Shown: positions 8,239-15,568 of the stretch, piece by piece
How the letters are laid out: each line of letters starts with the position of its first letter
How positions within the stretch are numbered: position 1 is the stretch's first letter
Origin: Aciduliprofundum boonei T469
Lineage (GTDB): Archaea; Thermoplasmatota; Thermoplasmata; Thermoplasmatales; Aciduliprofundaceae
Length of the DNA: 32,000 nt
Direction: 5' to 3'
Assembly (NCBI RefSeq): GCF_000025665.1
Contig: NC_013926.1
Location: forward strand, 1,454,779 to 1,486,778
Position numbers and translations under genes: made by a program
Notes under the pieces: generated by a model
What the model was told of the DNA's origin: nothing
The model's input: only the letters and a program-made list of their open reading frames with translations
Database searches by the model: none

Positions 8239-8604
8239 TTATTTCTCTTCAACATTTCTCGTAGCAATAATATTTACCCCGAGGTCTAAAATATTCTCAA
8301 CAACAATATCTCCTACTTTTATCGGGGCTAATGCTTCAACATTTGACAGATATTTCATAATCTTTCTAATCATATCCTTGGGTACAGGCTTATCTGTTTT
8401 TACTGATACAATGGGATATTCACCATTTTTGACCTTAACAACGCTCATTACTATCCTCTTCGGCTCCAATATCTCCTCTCGAACCCACTCCTCCCCCCTA
8501 GAGCATCTGCATCCCCGAATTTTTAAATCACTCCCGTTTAATTCAGCCTCAATATAACAGCCTAAAGGACATATTATACAAGTAAATCTATATAACTTGG
8601 ACAT
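8239..8604 (-). CDS. DUF1667-domain Cys-rich protein, third subunit of the GlpA-like flavoprotein operon, 121 aa
   Basis: FTCIICPLGCYIEAE...IRGCRCSRG. The ATG at 8604 overlaps the upstream gene's TGA by 1 nt. Confidence 0.75.
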   Translation of the reverse strand: MSKLYRFTCIICPLGCYIEAELNGSDLKIRGCRCSRGEEWVREEILEPKRIVMSVVKVKNGEYPIVSVKTDKPVPKDMIRKIMKYLSNVEALAPIKVGDIVVENILDLGVNIIATRNVEEK

Positions 8605-9833
8605 CACTCCACCTCCAAAGTCAACTCTTTTATTTCCTTCTGTATTTTTTTCACTGGTAACCTAATTTTCAACATCTCGGAAGGTTTGACTACTGGATAT
8701 TTTATTTTATATCCTATATCCCCAAATTTTAGAGTGACATTTTCCTGTGGATTTTTCACTCTTGCATAAAAGATTACATTTTTTTCTCCGCTTATATAAT
8801 GGGGTACCACAAATCTCAGATTTCCCTCAATTTTTATCTTTATTTTTCGGGAAGATGGAAGGTTATTATCCACATAGTTTTTAGCAGAGAAAGCAGCTAA
8901 CTCACCCTGCTCAACCACATAGTCCACAAGGTCATTTATAATTAAAGAATTACCTGCAACAAAAATCCCTCTCACACTGGTTTCTAAATTCTCATCAACC
9001 ACAGGACCTCCTGTACGGGCGTCTATATCAATACCTATTTTTTCTAACAACTTAACACGAGGTACTAATCCTGCAGATATTATCACGGTATCGCATTCTA
9101 TATCAAATTCAGTACCTTCTACAGGTTCCAACTTATCGTTTACTTTAACTACTTTAACACTCTCAACTCTATTTTTACCTCTTATTTCTATGACTTTATG
9201 TGAGAGATATAATGGAATTGAAAAATCTTGGAGACATTGAATAATGTTTCTTGCTAAGCCTCCCGGATAAGGCATAAGCTCTATAACTGCCTTTACCTCA
9301 GCACCTTCCAAAGCAAATCTTCTCGCCATTATAAGCCCAACATCTCCAGATCCTACGATCACTATCTCCTTTCCAGGCATAATCCCATAAATATCCATCA
9401 TAGTTTGGGCTTCGCCTGCAGTGAACACCCCTGCCACTCTGTCCCCCACGATACCTATTTCAAATCTATGTCTTTCCCTCGCTCCCGACGCGTATATTAT
9501 ACTTTTAGTAAGCACTTCTTCTAACCCCTGTGGCGATACATATTTCACCCTTTTTAGTTCTTCCTCCACTGAAATATCAAGTACGGTTGCCTCTGTGATG
9601 TATTCAACATTTAAACTCCTGAATTTTTCTATGAGTTTATGAGCAAATTCTGGACCAGTTAAATCTTCTTTAAAATAGTGTAGACCGAATCCTGGATGAA
9701 TACATTGAGGTAATATTCCTCCAAGGTATTCCTTCTCATCTAAAAGCAAAACCTTGAGTCCCAATTCTTTGGCTTTTATGGATGCCGCTAATCCGGCAGG
9801 GCCTCCCCCTATCACCACTGTATCGTAAATCAT
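8604..9833 (-). CDS. NAD(P)/FAD-dependent pyridine-nucleotide-disulfide-type oxidoreductase, 409 aa
   Basis: Two dinucleotide-binding motifs: VVIGGGPAGLAAS and IVIVGSGDVGLIMA. ATGA overlap with the upstream gene at 9830-9833. Confidence 0.8.
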   Translation of the reverse strand: MIYDTVVIGGGPAGLAASIKAKELGLKVLLLDEKEYLGGILPQCIHPGFGLHYFKEDLTGPEFAHKLIEKFRSLNVEYITEATVLDISVEEELKRVKYVSPQGLEEVLTKSIIYASGARERHRFEIGIVGDRVAGVFTAGEAQTMMDIYGIMPGKEIVIVGSGDVGLIMARRFALEGAEVKAVIELMPYPGGLARNIIQCLQDFSIPLYLSHKVIEIRGKNRVESVKVVKVNDKLEPVEGTEFDIECDTVIISAGLVPRVKLLEKIGIDIDARTGGPVVDENLETSVRGIFVAGNSLIINDLVDYVVEQGELAAFSAKNYVDNNLPSSRKIKIKIEGNLRFVVPHYISGEKNVIFYARVKNPQENVTLKFGDIGYKIKYPVVKPSEMLKIRLPVKKIQKEIKELTLEVE

Positions 9834-11311
9834 CTCCCTCCCTCCTTTAAAAGTACCTTTACATCCCCTATACCTATTTCACTACCCTTACCTTTTAAGG
9901 TAATATTCCACATAGGTTGCTCATACTCTCGAGCAAGTATAGCCGCTATTTTAACCCTACAGAAACCCCCTTGGCAGGTACCCGTTGTGGCTTTAGTTCT
10001 AAATTTTATTGAATCTATGCTTGGTACCTTAACTCCTATTTTCTTCATTCTCTCTATGGCCTCTAGGATATCCCCCTCACTGACTTTATTACATTTGCAT
10101 ATAATTCTTCCATAAGCGCCGTTATTTTTTATTTTTTCATTTATCTCTTTGGAAGAAAGCATAAAGAAATGAGTTATCTCTTTCCTATAAGGATTCCAAT
10201 TTTTCTTCTCTCTTAGCTCTATTCCCAAATCTCTTTCAATTATTTCCTTAACTTCCATAGCAATGGCAGGGGCAGCTGTCAACCCTGGGGAGCGTATGCC
10301 ACCAACATTTATAAATCCATAAACCTCCTCCGCTTTTATTATAAAATCAGCATTTTTTGTTTCAGGTCTCAATCCAGCAAAAGTTCTTATCACCTTGCCC
10401 CTAGGGGGTAATTTGGGCCATAGCAGTTTGGCTTTGTTCCACACCTCCTCAAGACCCTCCTTTGTATTGGACAAATCTTCCTTATCCTCCTGATCTCTGG
10501 CATTTGGGCCTATCATGAGATGTCCAGATACCTCTGTGGTGACAACAACTCCTTTTGTCTTTTTTGTGGGTGCGGGAAATAGCACATGCTCTGGCTTTGG
10601 ACCGGCACTCTCGTCAAAAAGCCAGTACTCTCCTTTTCTAGGATAAATTTTAAAATAATCCAGGCCCGCCATTTTGGAAATCTCATCAGCGTACAAGCCA
10701 GCCGCATTTATTATTAAATCCCCTTCTATGAACCCATCTGGAACTTTAACACCCTTCACTGCCCCATTATCAACTTTGACTTCCTCAACAGGAGAATCAA
10801 AAATTATCTTTACTCCATTATCAACAGCATTCTCCGCTAAGGCAATAACCGCAGGAATTGGGGCTATTTGCCCAACACTAGGAATCCAGAGAGCCCCTTG
10901 CGAATTAGGGGATAAATTTAGTTCCATTTCTAAAAGTTCATCTCTATATATTATTCGTATATCTTTAACTCCATTTCTCTCTCCTCTTTTCAAGAGAATA
11001 TCAAGCTCTTTCATCTCATCATCATTCTTGGCAACTACCAAAGCTCCATTCCAAACAGATGGAATTTGAAGCTCTCTAACCCATTTTCGCCATATTTCAT
11101 TTCCTCTAACACACAACTTTGCCCTTACAGGATACTTATCTGGATCGTCATCATAACCTCCATGAATTAAGGCAGTGTTTGCCTTGCTTACACCCCAGCC
11201 CACATCCGATTTTCTCTCTATCACTGTAATTTTTAAATTATCATACTTGCTTAACTCTCTAGCAATACTCATTCCAGTTATTCCAGCACCTATTATTATG
11301 ACCTTGTGCAT
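9830..11311 (-). CDS. FAD-dependent oxidoreductase, GlpA-like (glycerol-3-phosphate dehydrogenase family) with C-terminal BFD-like [2Fe-2S] domain, 493 aa
   Basis: N-terminal VIIIGAGITGMSIAREL. C-terminal CKCNKVSEGDILEAI...TGTCQGGFC. SD-like AGGTGAG lies upstream of the ATG. Confidence 0.85.
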   Translation of the reverse strand: MHKVIIIGAGITGMSIARELSKYDNLKITVIERKSDVGWGVSKANTALIHGGYDDDPDKYPVRAKLCVRGNEIWRKWVRELQIPSVWNGALVVAKNDDEMKELDILLKRGERNGVKDIRIIYRDELLEMELNLSPNSQGALWIPSVGQIAPIPAVIALAENAVDNGVKIIFDSPVEEVKVDNGAVKGVKVPDGFIEGDLIINAAGLYADEISKMAGLDYFKIYPRKGEYWLFDESAGPKPEHVLFPAPTKKTKGVVVTTEVSGHLMIGPNARDQEDKEDLSNTKEGLEEVWNKAKLLWPKLPPRGKVIRTFAGLRPETKNADFIIKAEEVYGFINVGGIRSPGLTAAPAIAMEVKEIIERDLGIELREKKNWNPYRKEITHFFMLSSKEINEKIKNNGAYGRIICKCNKVSEGDILEAIERMKKIGVKVPSIDSIKFRTKATTGTCQGGFCRVKIAAILAREYEQPMWNITLKGKGSEIGIGDVKVLLKEGGR

Positions 11312-11593
11312 TTAACTCACCTGAACATCGGAGTATTTCTTTGACTTATTAAATCATTTGCCAATTTAAATTACAAAAACAATATACTAAAGCATCCTAT
11401 CAATAACTTGCCCATTTCTCCCCCCTTTTTGAGAGCTCCTATCTAGAAGCTTCTGCGTATCCCTTTACCTCTTGAAACCATTTTAAAAATTTTCTTTTGG
11501 GGTAAATGAGCATCGTGATATGCGAACACGCCCTGCTACGCAGGGCAGTGGCACTTTTCTTTTTAAGAAAAGGGCTCTAAGAAAGGGGCTTAA

Positions 11594-11678
11594 TGCGGGG
11601 GGCCGGATTCGAACCGGCGAACCCCTACGGGAGTGGATCTTGAGTCCACCGCCTTTGACCTGGCTCGGCAACCCCCGC
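11594..11678 (-). tRNA. tRNA-Leu (anticodon CAA), type II with long variable arm, CCA not encoded
   Basis: Hand-folded minus strand: GCGGGGG-TT-GCCGAGCCAGGTCAAAGGCG-GTGGA-CTCAAGA-TCCAC-TCCCGTAGGGGTTC-GCCGG-TTCGAAT-CCGGC-CCCCCGC-A. It has a 7-bp acceptor stem, 5-bp anticodon and T stems, and a GTTCGAATC T-loop. Confidence 0.95.
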
Positions 11679-11700
11679 TCGGTTGGGAAATTGTCATTTA

Positions 11701-11714
11701 GGATTTAATTTTTT
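11701..11714 (-). promoter_or_regulatory. TATA-like box for tRNA-Leu
   Basis: The minus strand reads aaaaaattaaatcc, centred about 27 nt upstream of the tRNA 5' end. Confidence 0.35.
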
Positions 11715-11763
11715 CTGGAGTAAAGCGTAAGTTATATATTTGGAATGGGCATTAGGCGCTATA

Positions 11764-12585
11764 ATGAAAGCATCTACTTACGCTATACTTGTAACGGTTA
11801 TGGTTCTAGCAGGTGGTCTTGGGGCCTATTTCTGGGGCACTCAAGGTCACAGCTCTGAAAGCGTTCCAATAGTGAAACAAGGAGACACCATCTCTGTAAA
11901 ATATTACGGCTACATTTATTATGGTGGAGAGCGTAGAATTTTTGATACAAATATAGAGGAAGTTGCAAAGGACAATATCACCTATCCTAAAACTGTGAGC
12001 TTCAAATGGCGTAATGATTTTGAGCCTTTAACTTTCAAGGTTGGAGACCACACAATGATCCCTGGGTTCGAAAAGGGTGTAATAGGAATGAAGTTAAATG
12101 AGACAAAAACAATAGTTGTTCCTCCAAGCGAAGGTTATCCATTCGATTGGTCCAAAGTGCAGAATTATTCTTTAGTACAGACCATTCCCGTTATAGAGAA
12201 TCTCTCTCTTCAAGATTTTAAGAAGAGATTTGGTCAGCAAAATCCACTTGATAATGCTGTGTATAGGGACAAAGTTCATGGTTGGAACTGCCTCATATTA
12301 CAGATAGATGCCACAAAAGGTATAGTCACGATACTTAACGAGCCAAATGTTGGTAAGTATTATCAACCATACAAAAATACAAGTTCCCTAAAAATATATG
12401 TGGAGAAAATCAAAGATGGAAAAATAACCTTCAAGTATGATATAGAGAGTCTACCCATTCTACTTCCAAACGGAGGCATAATTGACTGGAAAAACGATAC
12501 AATGTTCAGAGTGAATCATAACCAAGAAGTTGCAGGAAAAACCTTGTACTTTGTGGTCACGGTAATAAAGATAAAAGAATCTTAA
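11764..12585 (+). CDS. Membrane-anchored SlyD-like FKBP-type peptidyl-prolyl isomerase with an enlarged insert domain, 273 aa
   Basis: N-terminal hydrophobic helix MKASTYAILVTVMVLAGGLGAYFWG. FKBP core: GDTISVKYYGY...FDTN...FKVGDHTMIPGFEKGVIGMKLNETKTIVVPPSEGY. The closing FKBP strand, VNHNQEVAGKTLYFVVTVIKI, appears only at the C-terminus. The track start is TTG 11740. ATG 11764 fits the TATA-like gttatatatt (11731-11740), which lies about 28 nt upstream. Confidence 0.85.
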   Translation: MKASTYAILVTVMVLAGGLGAYFWGTQGHSSESVPIVKQGDTISVKYYGYIYYGGERRIFDTNIEEVAKDNITYPKTVSFKWRNDFEPLTFKVGDHTMIPGFEKGVIGMKLNETKTIVVPPSEGYPFDWSKVQNYSLVQTIPVIENLSLQDFKKRFGQQNPLDNAVYRDKVHGWNCLILQIDATKGIVTILNEPNVGKYYQPYKNTSSLKIYVEKIKDGKITFKYDIESLPILLPNGGIIDWKNDTMFRVNHNQEVAGKTLYFVVTVIKIKES

Positions 12586-13001
12586 ATTTCTTCCACAAAT
12601 TTTTTAAAATTGCTTATGGCTTTACCTTTTTTCATAGGATAACTTTCGAGCTTTGCATGCATTGCTATTGAGTCACCATGTATGGTCAGGGCTAGCTTTT
12701 CCAAGTACGCCTGCTGCTTATCAAACCTCAAGTATAGCATGCCTTGCTCATCCACAATTTCATCTAACATAGGGAGAATTTCATCAACGATTCCGTAATC
12801 TTTCATTCTCCTCCAGAATTCAACAACTTCGTTTTTCTTTGTAATTTTTGTTTCAAGAATTATTATTTTATTTCCATAATAGCCCTTTTCTTCCCTCTCC
12901 TTAAAATTATCTTTTTGGGTTATGAATTTAAATGCTTTTCTTACCTTATCAATATCCTCGGTTGCATGGGCAAAGCATCTAAAATAGATGTATTTGATCA
13001 T
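12582..13001 (-). CDS. DUF54/COG1931 predicted RNA-binding (exosome-associated type) protein, 139 aa
   Basis: YFRCFAHATEDIDKVRKAF...GYYGNKIIILETKITKKNEV...LYLRFDKQQAYL...GDSIAMHAKL follows the DUF54 pattern. The 233-aa track ORF has a low-complexity extension that overlaps trmB; I reject that extension. Confidence 0.7.
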   Translation of the reverse strand: MIKYIYFRCFAHATEDIDKVRKAFKFITQKDNFKEREEKGYYGNKIIILETKITKKNEVVEFWRRMKDYGIVDEILPMLDEIVDEQGMLYLRFDKQQAYLEKLALTIHGDSIAMHAKLESYPMKKGKAISNFKKFVEEI

Positions 13002-13020
13002 AAGGGTGAATGGAAGAACA

Positions 13021-13032
13021 CAAATATATGTT
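13021..13032. promoter_or_regulatory. Single shared AT-rich TATA-like box in the 46-bp DUF54/trmB divergent spacer
   Basis: In caaatatatgtt, the core aaatatat (13023-13030) lies about 22 nt from the trmB ATG (13048) and about 25 nt from the DUF54 ATG (13001). Confidence 0.4.
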
Positions 13033-13047
13033 TCACTATTTTGGTTT

Positions 13048-13758
13048 ATGGACATGGATTCCGCTATTGAAGAGTATAAAAAAATTGTAGATAGCCTTGA
13101 AAAATTGGGATTATCCCAGTATGAAATCAAGGCATTTCTTGCATTGATAATGCTCGGTGTAGGCTCTGCTGAGATCATTGCAAAAAACGCAAAGATTCCA
13201 AGAACTTCTGCATACAAGGTTCTTGATTCCCTGGAGGAAAAGGGATTCATCATATCCTCAGAAGGGAGACCAAAGATGTACAAGCCAGAAAACCTTCAAA
13301 CTTTGAAAAATAGAATAATAGAAGAAATAGAAGAACTATTCGAAAAACTGCAATTTGTAGAAAGCATATTTATGGAGAAGGGCGAGCCACAACTTGTGTA
13401 CACAGTATATGGCAAAGAGAAGGTTATGAAAAAAATCGCAGAGATGATTGATTTATCCGAGGAAGAGATAATAATATCCACGCCAAAAATATCAGAGCTT
13501 AGAAAATCTGTGGAAAAGAATATTGAAAGGGCGCTTAAGAGAGGAGTAAGAATAATAGTTGTAACGCATCCAAATCAAAGAGTGCCTCCAGGAGTGATTG
13601 CATATAGAAAAAAAGGGCTTATGGCCACGGATATAGTGTGTGATAATAAAAGCGCCTTACTTGCATCTCCCGAGCTAAACGCATGCGGATACACGGATAA
13701 TCCCGCATTAGCACAGCATTTAACACATTTCATAAACATACTCATTGAGAAGGAATAA
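13048..13758 (+). CDS. TrmB-family transcriptional regulator, 236 aa
   Basis: LGLSQYEIKAFLALIMLGVGSAEIIAKNAKIPRTSAYKVLDSLEEKGFI is a TrmB N-terminal winged helix, followed by a TrmB-type C-terminal domain. The start is moved to ATG 13048 (MDMDSAIEEY). Confidence 0.8.
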   Translation: MDMDSAIEEYKKIVDSLEKLGLSQYEIKAFLALIMLGVGSAEIIAKNAKIPRTSAYKVLDSLEEKGFIISSEGRPKMYKPENLQTLKNRIIEEIEELFEKLQFVESIFMEKGEPQLVYTVYGKEKVMKKIAEMIDLSEEEIIISTPKISELRKSVEKNIERALKRGVRIIVVTHPNQRVPPGVIAYRKKGLMATDIVCDNKSALLASPELNACGYTDNPALAQHLTHFINILIEKE

Positions 13759-13813
13759 TGTCATCAAAAGTGATAATGATAAGTTTTAAATCATATGAAT
13801 TTATTGATAATTT

Positions 13814-14161
13814 GTGGGCATTAAAATCCTGCTGGTGGATGATAACGAGGAATTGCTAAAGTTATACAGTATATTCTTGAAGAGGTACGAGGTAATAACG
13901 GCAAAGAATGGGAAGGAAGGGGTGGAATTGTATATGAAATATAATCCGGATCTTGTGATTATGGACATAAAAATGCCCGTGATGGACGGAATTGAAGCAA
14001 CAAAGGCCATAAAGGAATACGATAAAGATGCAAAGATAATTGGGGCAACTGCATACCATGATAAATACGCAGAGAAAATGTTAGAAGCAGGAGCTCTTGT
14101 GGTTATGAAAAAGCCATTTAAGTATAGAGAAATTTTAGATCTCATTGAGAAGTATATATGA
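13814..14161 (+). CDS. Stand-alone CheY-like response-regulator receiver domain, 115 aa
   Basis: ILLVDDNEE (acidic pocket), VIMDIKMP (phospho-acceptor Asp), GATAY (Thr) and KKPF (Lys). It has a GTG start. The TATA-like ttttaaat (13784-13791) lies about 26 nt upstream. Confidence 0.88.
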   Translation: MGIKILLVDDNEELLKLYSIFLKRYEVITAKNGKEGVELYMKYNPDLVIMDIKMPVMDGIEATKAIKEYDKDAKIIGATAYHDKYAEKMLEAGALVVMKKPFKYREILDLIEKYI

Positions 14162-15500
14162 TTTTCCCATCTACTATTGTGAGCCATATTTTATCATCTT
14201 TCAAAACCACCAAATCTGCGATATTTCCCTCTTTTATTTCACCATACCTATTCCCAAAATATTTTGCACCATGGGTATACGCTCGTACCGCTTCATTCCA
14301 GCTTATCCTCTGGCTATCGTACTTGCTATTCACGGCCATTTTTATCCCGTATAAGGGGTCCATGGGCATACAATCTGATCCAAATAGAAGATTCGCACCA
14401 CTATCCAAAATATTCCGATATGGATTATTCCTGCCAAGCCATTCTTTCCCGAGCATTCTTTCATAGAGCCCTCCACTCTTTGCCCATTTTAGAAAATTCG
14501 GCTGCATACTCAACTCAATTCCTTTCAACTCTTCCAAATATTCTTGCCTAACTAACTCGAAATGCTCAATTCTATTTCCCTCGCCCCCTTTATATCCCCT
14601 CAAAACCTCATCTATAGCATAATCTCCGATAGCATGGGTGAATACCCTTATCCCCTCTGAGTTTGCATTCTTTACAATTCTTCTTATCTTTCTAGCCGAG
14701 AGCATTGGTTTTACTTCCTCTCCATCCTTATAAAGTGTGGCCGCAGTTTTAGCACCAATGGAGCCATCTGCAAAGAGCTTTAGAGCACCTATTCTAAGAT
14801 ACTCGTCTCCAAACCCTGAGTAAAAACCAAGTTTTTTAATCAATTTGTAACCAGAGGAATAAAAATTAGCGTAAATTCTTATCTTTAACTTTCCCTCCCT
14901 ATGCATTCGCATATAAGCTTTAAGAGTATCAACACTTGCAAAATCGTGCACACAAGCAATGCCCTTGCTCAAAGCATAATTCTGTGCGTATTCAAAATCA
15001 AATGTAGATCCTATTTTCAATTTTTTAATTATCCTTTCCAATTCTTTTTCTTTAACAATTCCCTCTTTTCCAACTGAAAAAATTTTGGAAGTGTAAGAAT
15101 TGATAACCCCCATATGGCCATCTTCCCTGATTAGCAATACAATCTTATCGCTGCAAACATTGTCAATTTCCTCTTTTGTAATGTATTTTTTATCTTTCCA
15201 AAAACTCTCGTCCCAACCTCTGCCAATTACCATTTTCTTCTTTTTGCATTCTTCTTTGACCATGCCCAAAATCTCTTCTCTTCCCCTGTTCGTCAAATCC
15301 AAGGTTCCATGCATAAGTGCAATATTACTCAAATGAGTGTGTGAATCGCAGAATGCCGGAATAATAAATGCTCCCTTCAAATCAATCTTCTTTGCCTCGT
15401 AGGGTAAATTTCCCTTACCCAGTTTCTCAATTCTATTGTCCCTTATGAGTATGTACTCATAATCCTCATTTCCGAATATGCGAGCGTTATAAAGGAGCAT
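14142..15500 (-). CDS. Metal-dependent amidohydrolase (Amidohydro_3/YtcJ-like), 452 aa
   Basis: PAFCDSHTHL (HxH metal motif), THAIGD, FGSDCMP. Confidence 0.8.
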   Translation of the reverse strand: MLLYNARIFGNEDYEYILIRDNRIEKLGKGNLPYEAKKIDLKGAFIIPAFCDSHTHLSNIALMHGTLDLTNRGREEILGMVKEECKKKKMVIGRGWDESFWKDKKYITKEEIDNVCSDKIVLLIREDGHMGVINSYTSKIFSVGKEGIVKEKELERIIKKLKIGSTFDFEYAQNYALSKGIACVHDFASVDTLKAYMRMHREGKLKIRIYANFYSSGYKLIKKLGFYSGFGDEYLRIGALKLFADGSIGAKTAATLYKDGEEVKPMLSARKIRRIVKNANSEGIRVFTHAIGDYAIDEVLRGYKGGEGNRIEHFELVRQEYLEELKGIELSMQPNFLKWAKSGGLYERMLGKEWLGRNNPYRNILDSGANLLFGSDCMPMDPLYGIKMAVNSKYDSQRISWNEAVRAYTHGAKYFGNRYGEIKEGNIADLVVLKDDKIWLTIVDGKIIYTSQ

Positions 15501-15568
15501 GGATAGACATTGAAATCTTCTATAAAAATTATGAGTAAAGTTTATTTATCCTGTTTATATCCTTTTCT

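Noticed and set aside
11444-11453. A perfect 10-bp palindrome, AGAAGCTTCT, upstream of the GlpA-like operon, considered as a possible operator.
   Set aside because: Roughly 30 perfect 10-bp palindromes are expected by chance in 32 kb (32000/4^5). It is about 135 nt from the start codon and there is no second copy.
11514-11519. GTGATA, which is half of the Thermococcales glycolytic motif (TATCAC-N5-GTGATA) bound by TrmB-type regulators. It lies upstream of the GlpA-like operon.
   Set aside because: Only one half-site is present, with no TATCAC at N5 spacing on either side. A single hexamer is expected by chance many times in 32 kb.
11594-11678. tRNA-Leu as an integration hotspot flanking a genomic island.
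   Set aside because: There is no integrase or recombinase on either side. I noticed no partial duplicate of the tRNA 3' end in the window. The neighbouring genes are ordinary metabolic or housekeeping genes.
11483-11708. Two 62-aa ORFs: 11483..11671(-) and 11520..11708(+).
   Set aside because: Both run straight through the tRNA-Leu gene. Their Gly/Arg/Pro-rich products simply reflect translation of GC-rich tRNA sequence.
12988-13283. Long versions of two track ORFs that overlap each other by about 300 bp on opposite strands: 12582..13283(-), 233 aa, and 12988..13758(+), 256 aa.
   Set aside because: The recognisable DUF54 domain starts at M95 (ATG 13001) and the TrmB domain starts at M21 (ATG 13048). 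The extra N-terminal parts are hydrophobic or low-complexity antisense read-through. Trimming them yields a 46-bp spacer with a centred TATA-like box.
13771-13782. TGATAATGATAA in the trmB-receiver spacer, resembling C-box (RUGAUGA) elements of a C/D-box sRNA.
   Set aside because: There is no CUGA D box at a suitable distance and no terminal complementary stem. The spacer is only 55 nt and is needed for the receiver promoter.
13801-14187. A 128-aa minus-strand ORF antisense to the receiver gene. Similar long antisense ORFs occur at 17065..17478(-), 27613..28065(-), 10674..11069(+) and 2415..2864(+).
   Set aside because: Each lies opposite a gene with strong family motifs. Their products are Ser/Ile/Phe-rich or low-complexity with no motifs, which is the typical shadow-ORF pattern in AT-rich coding DNA.
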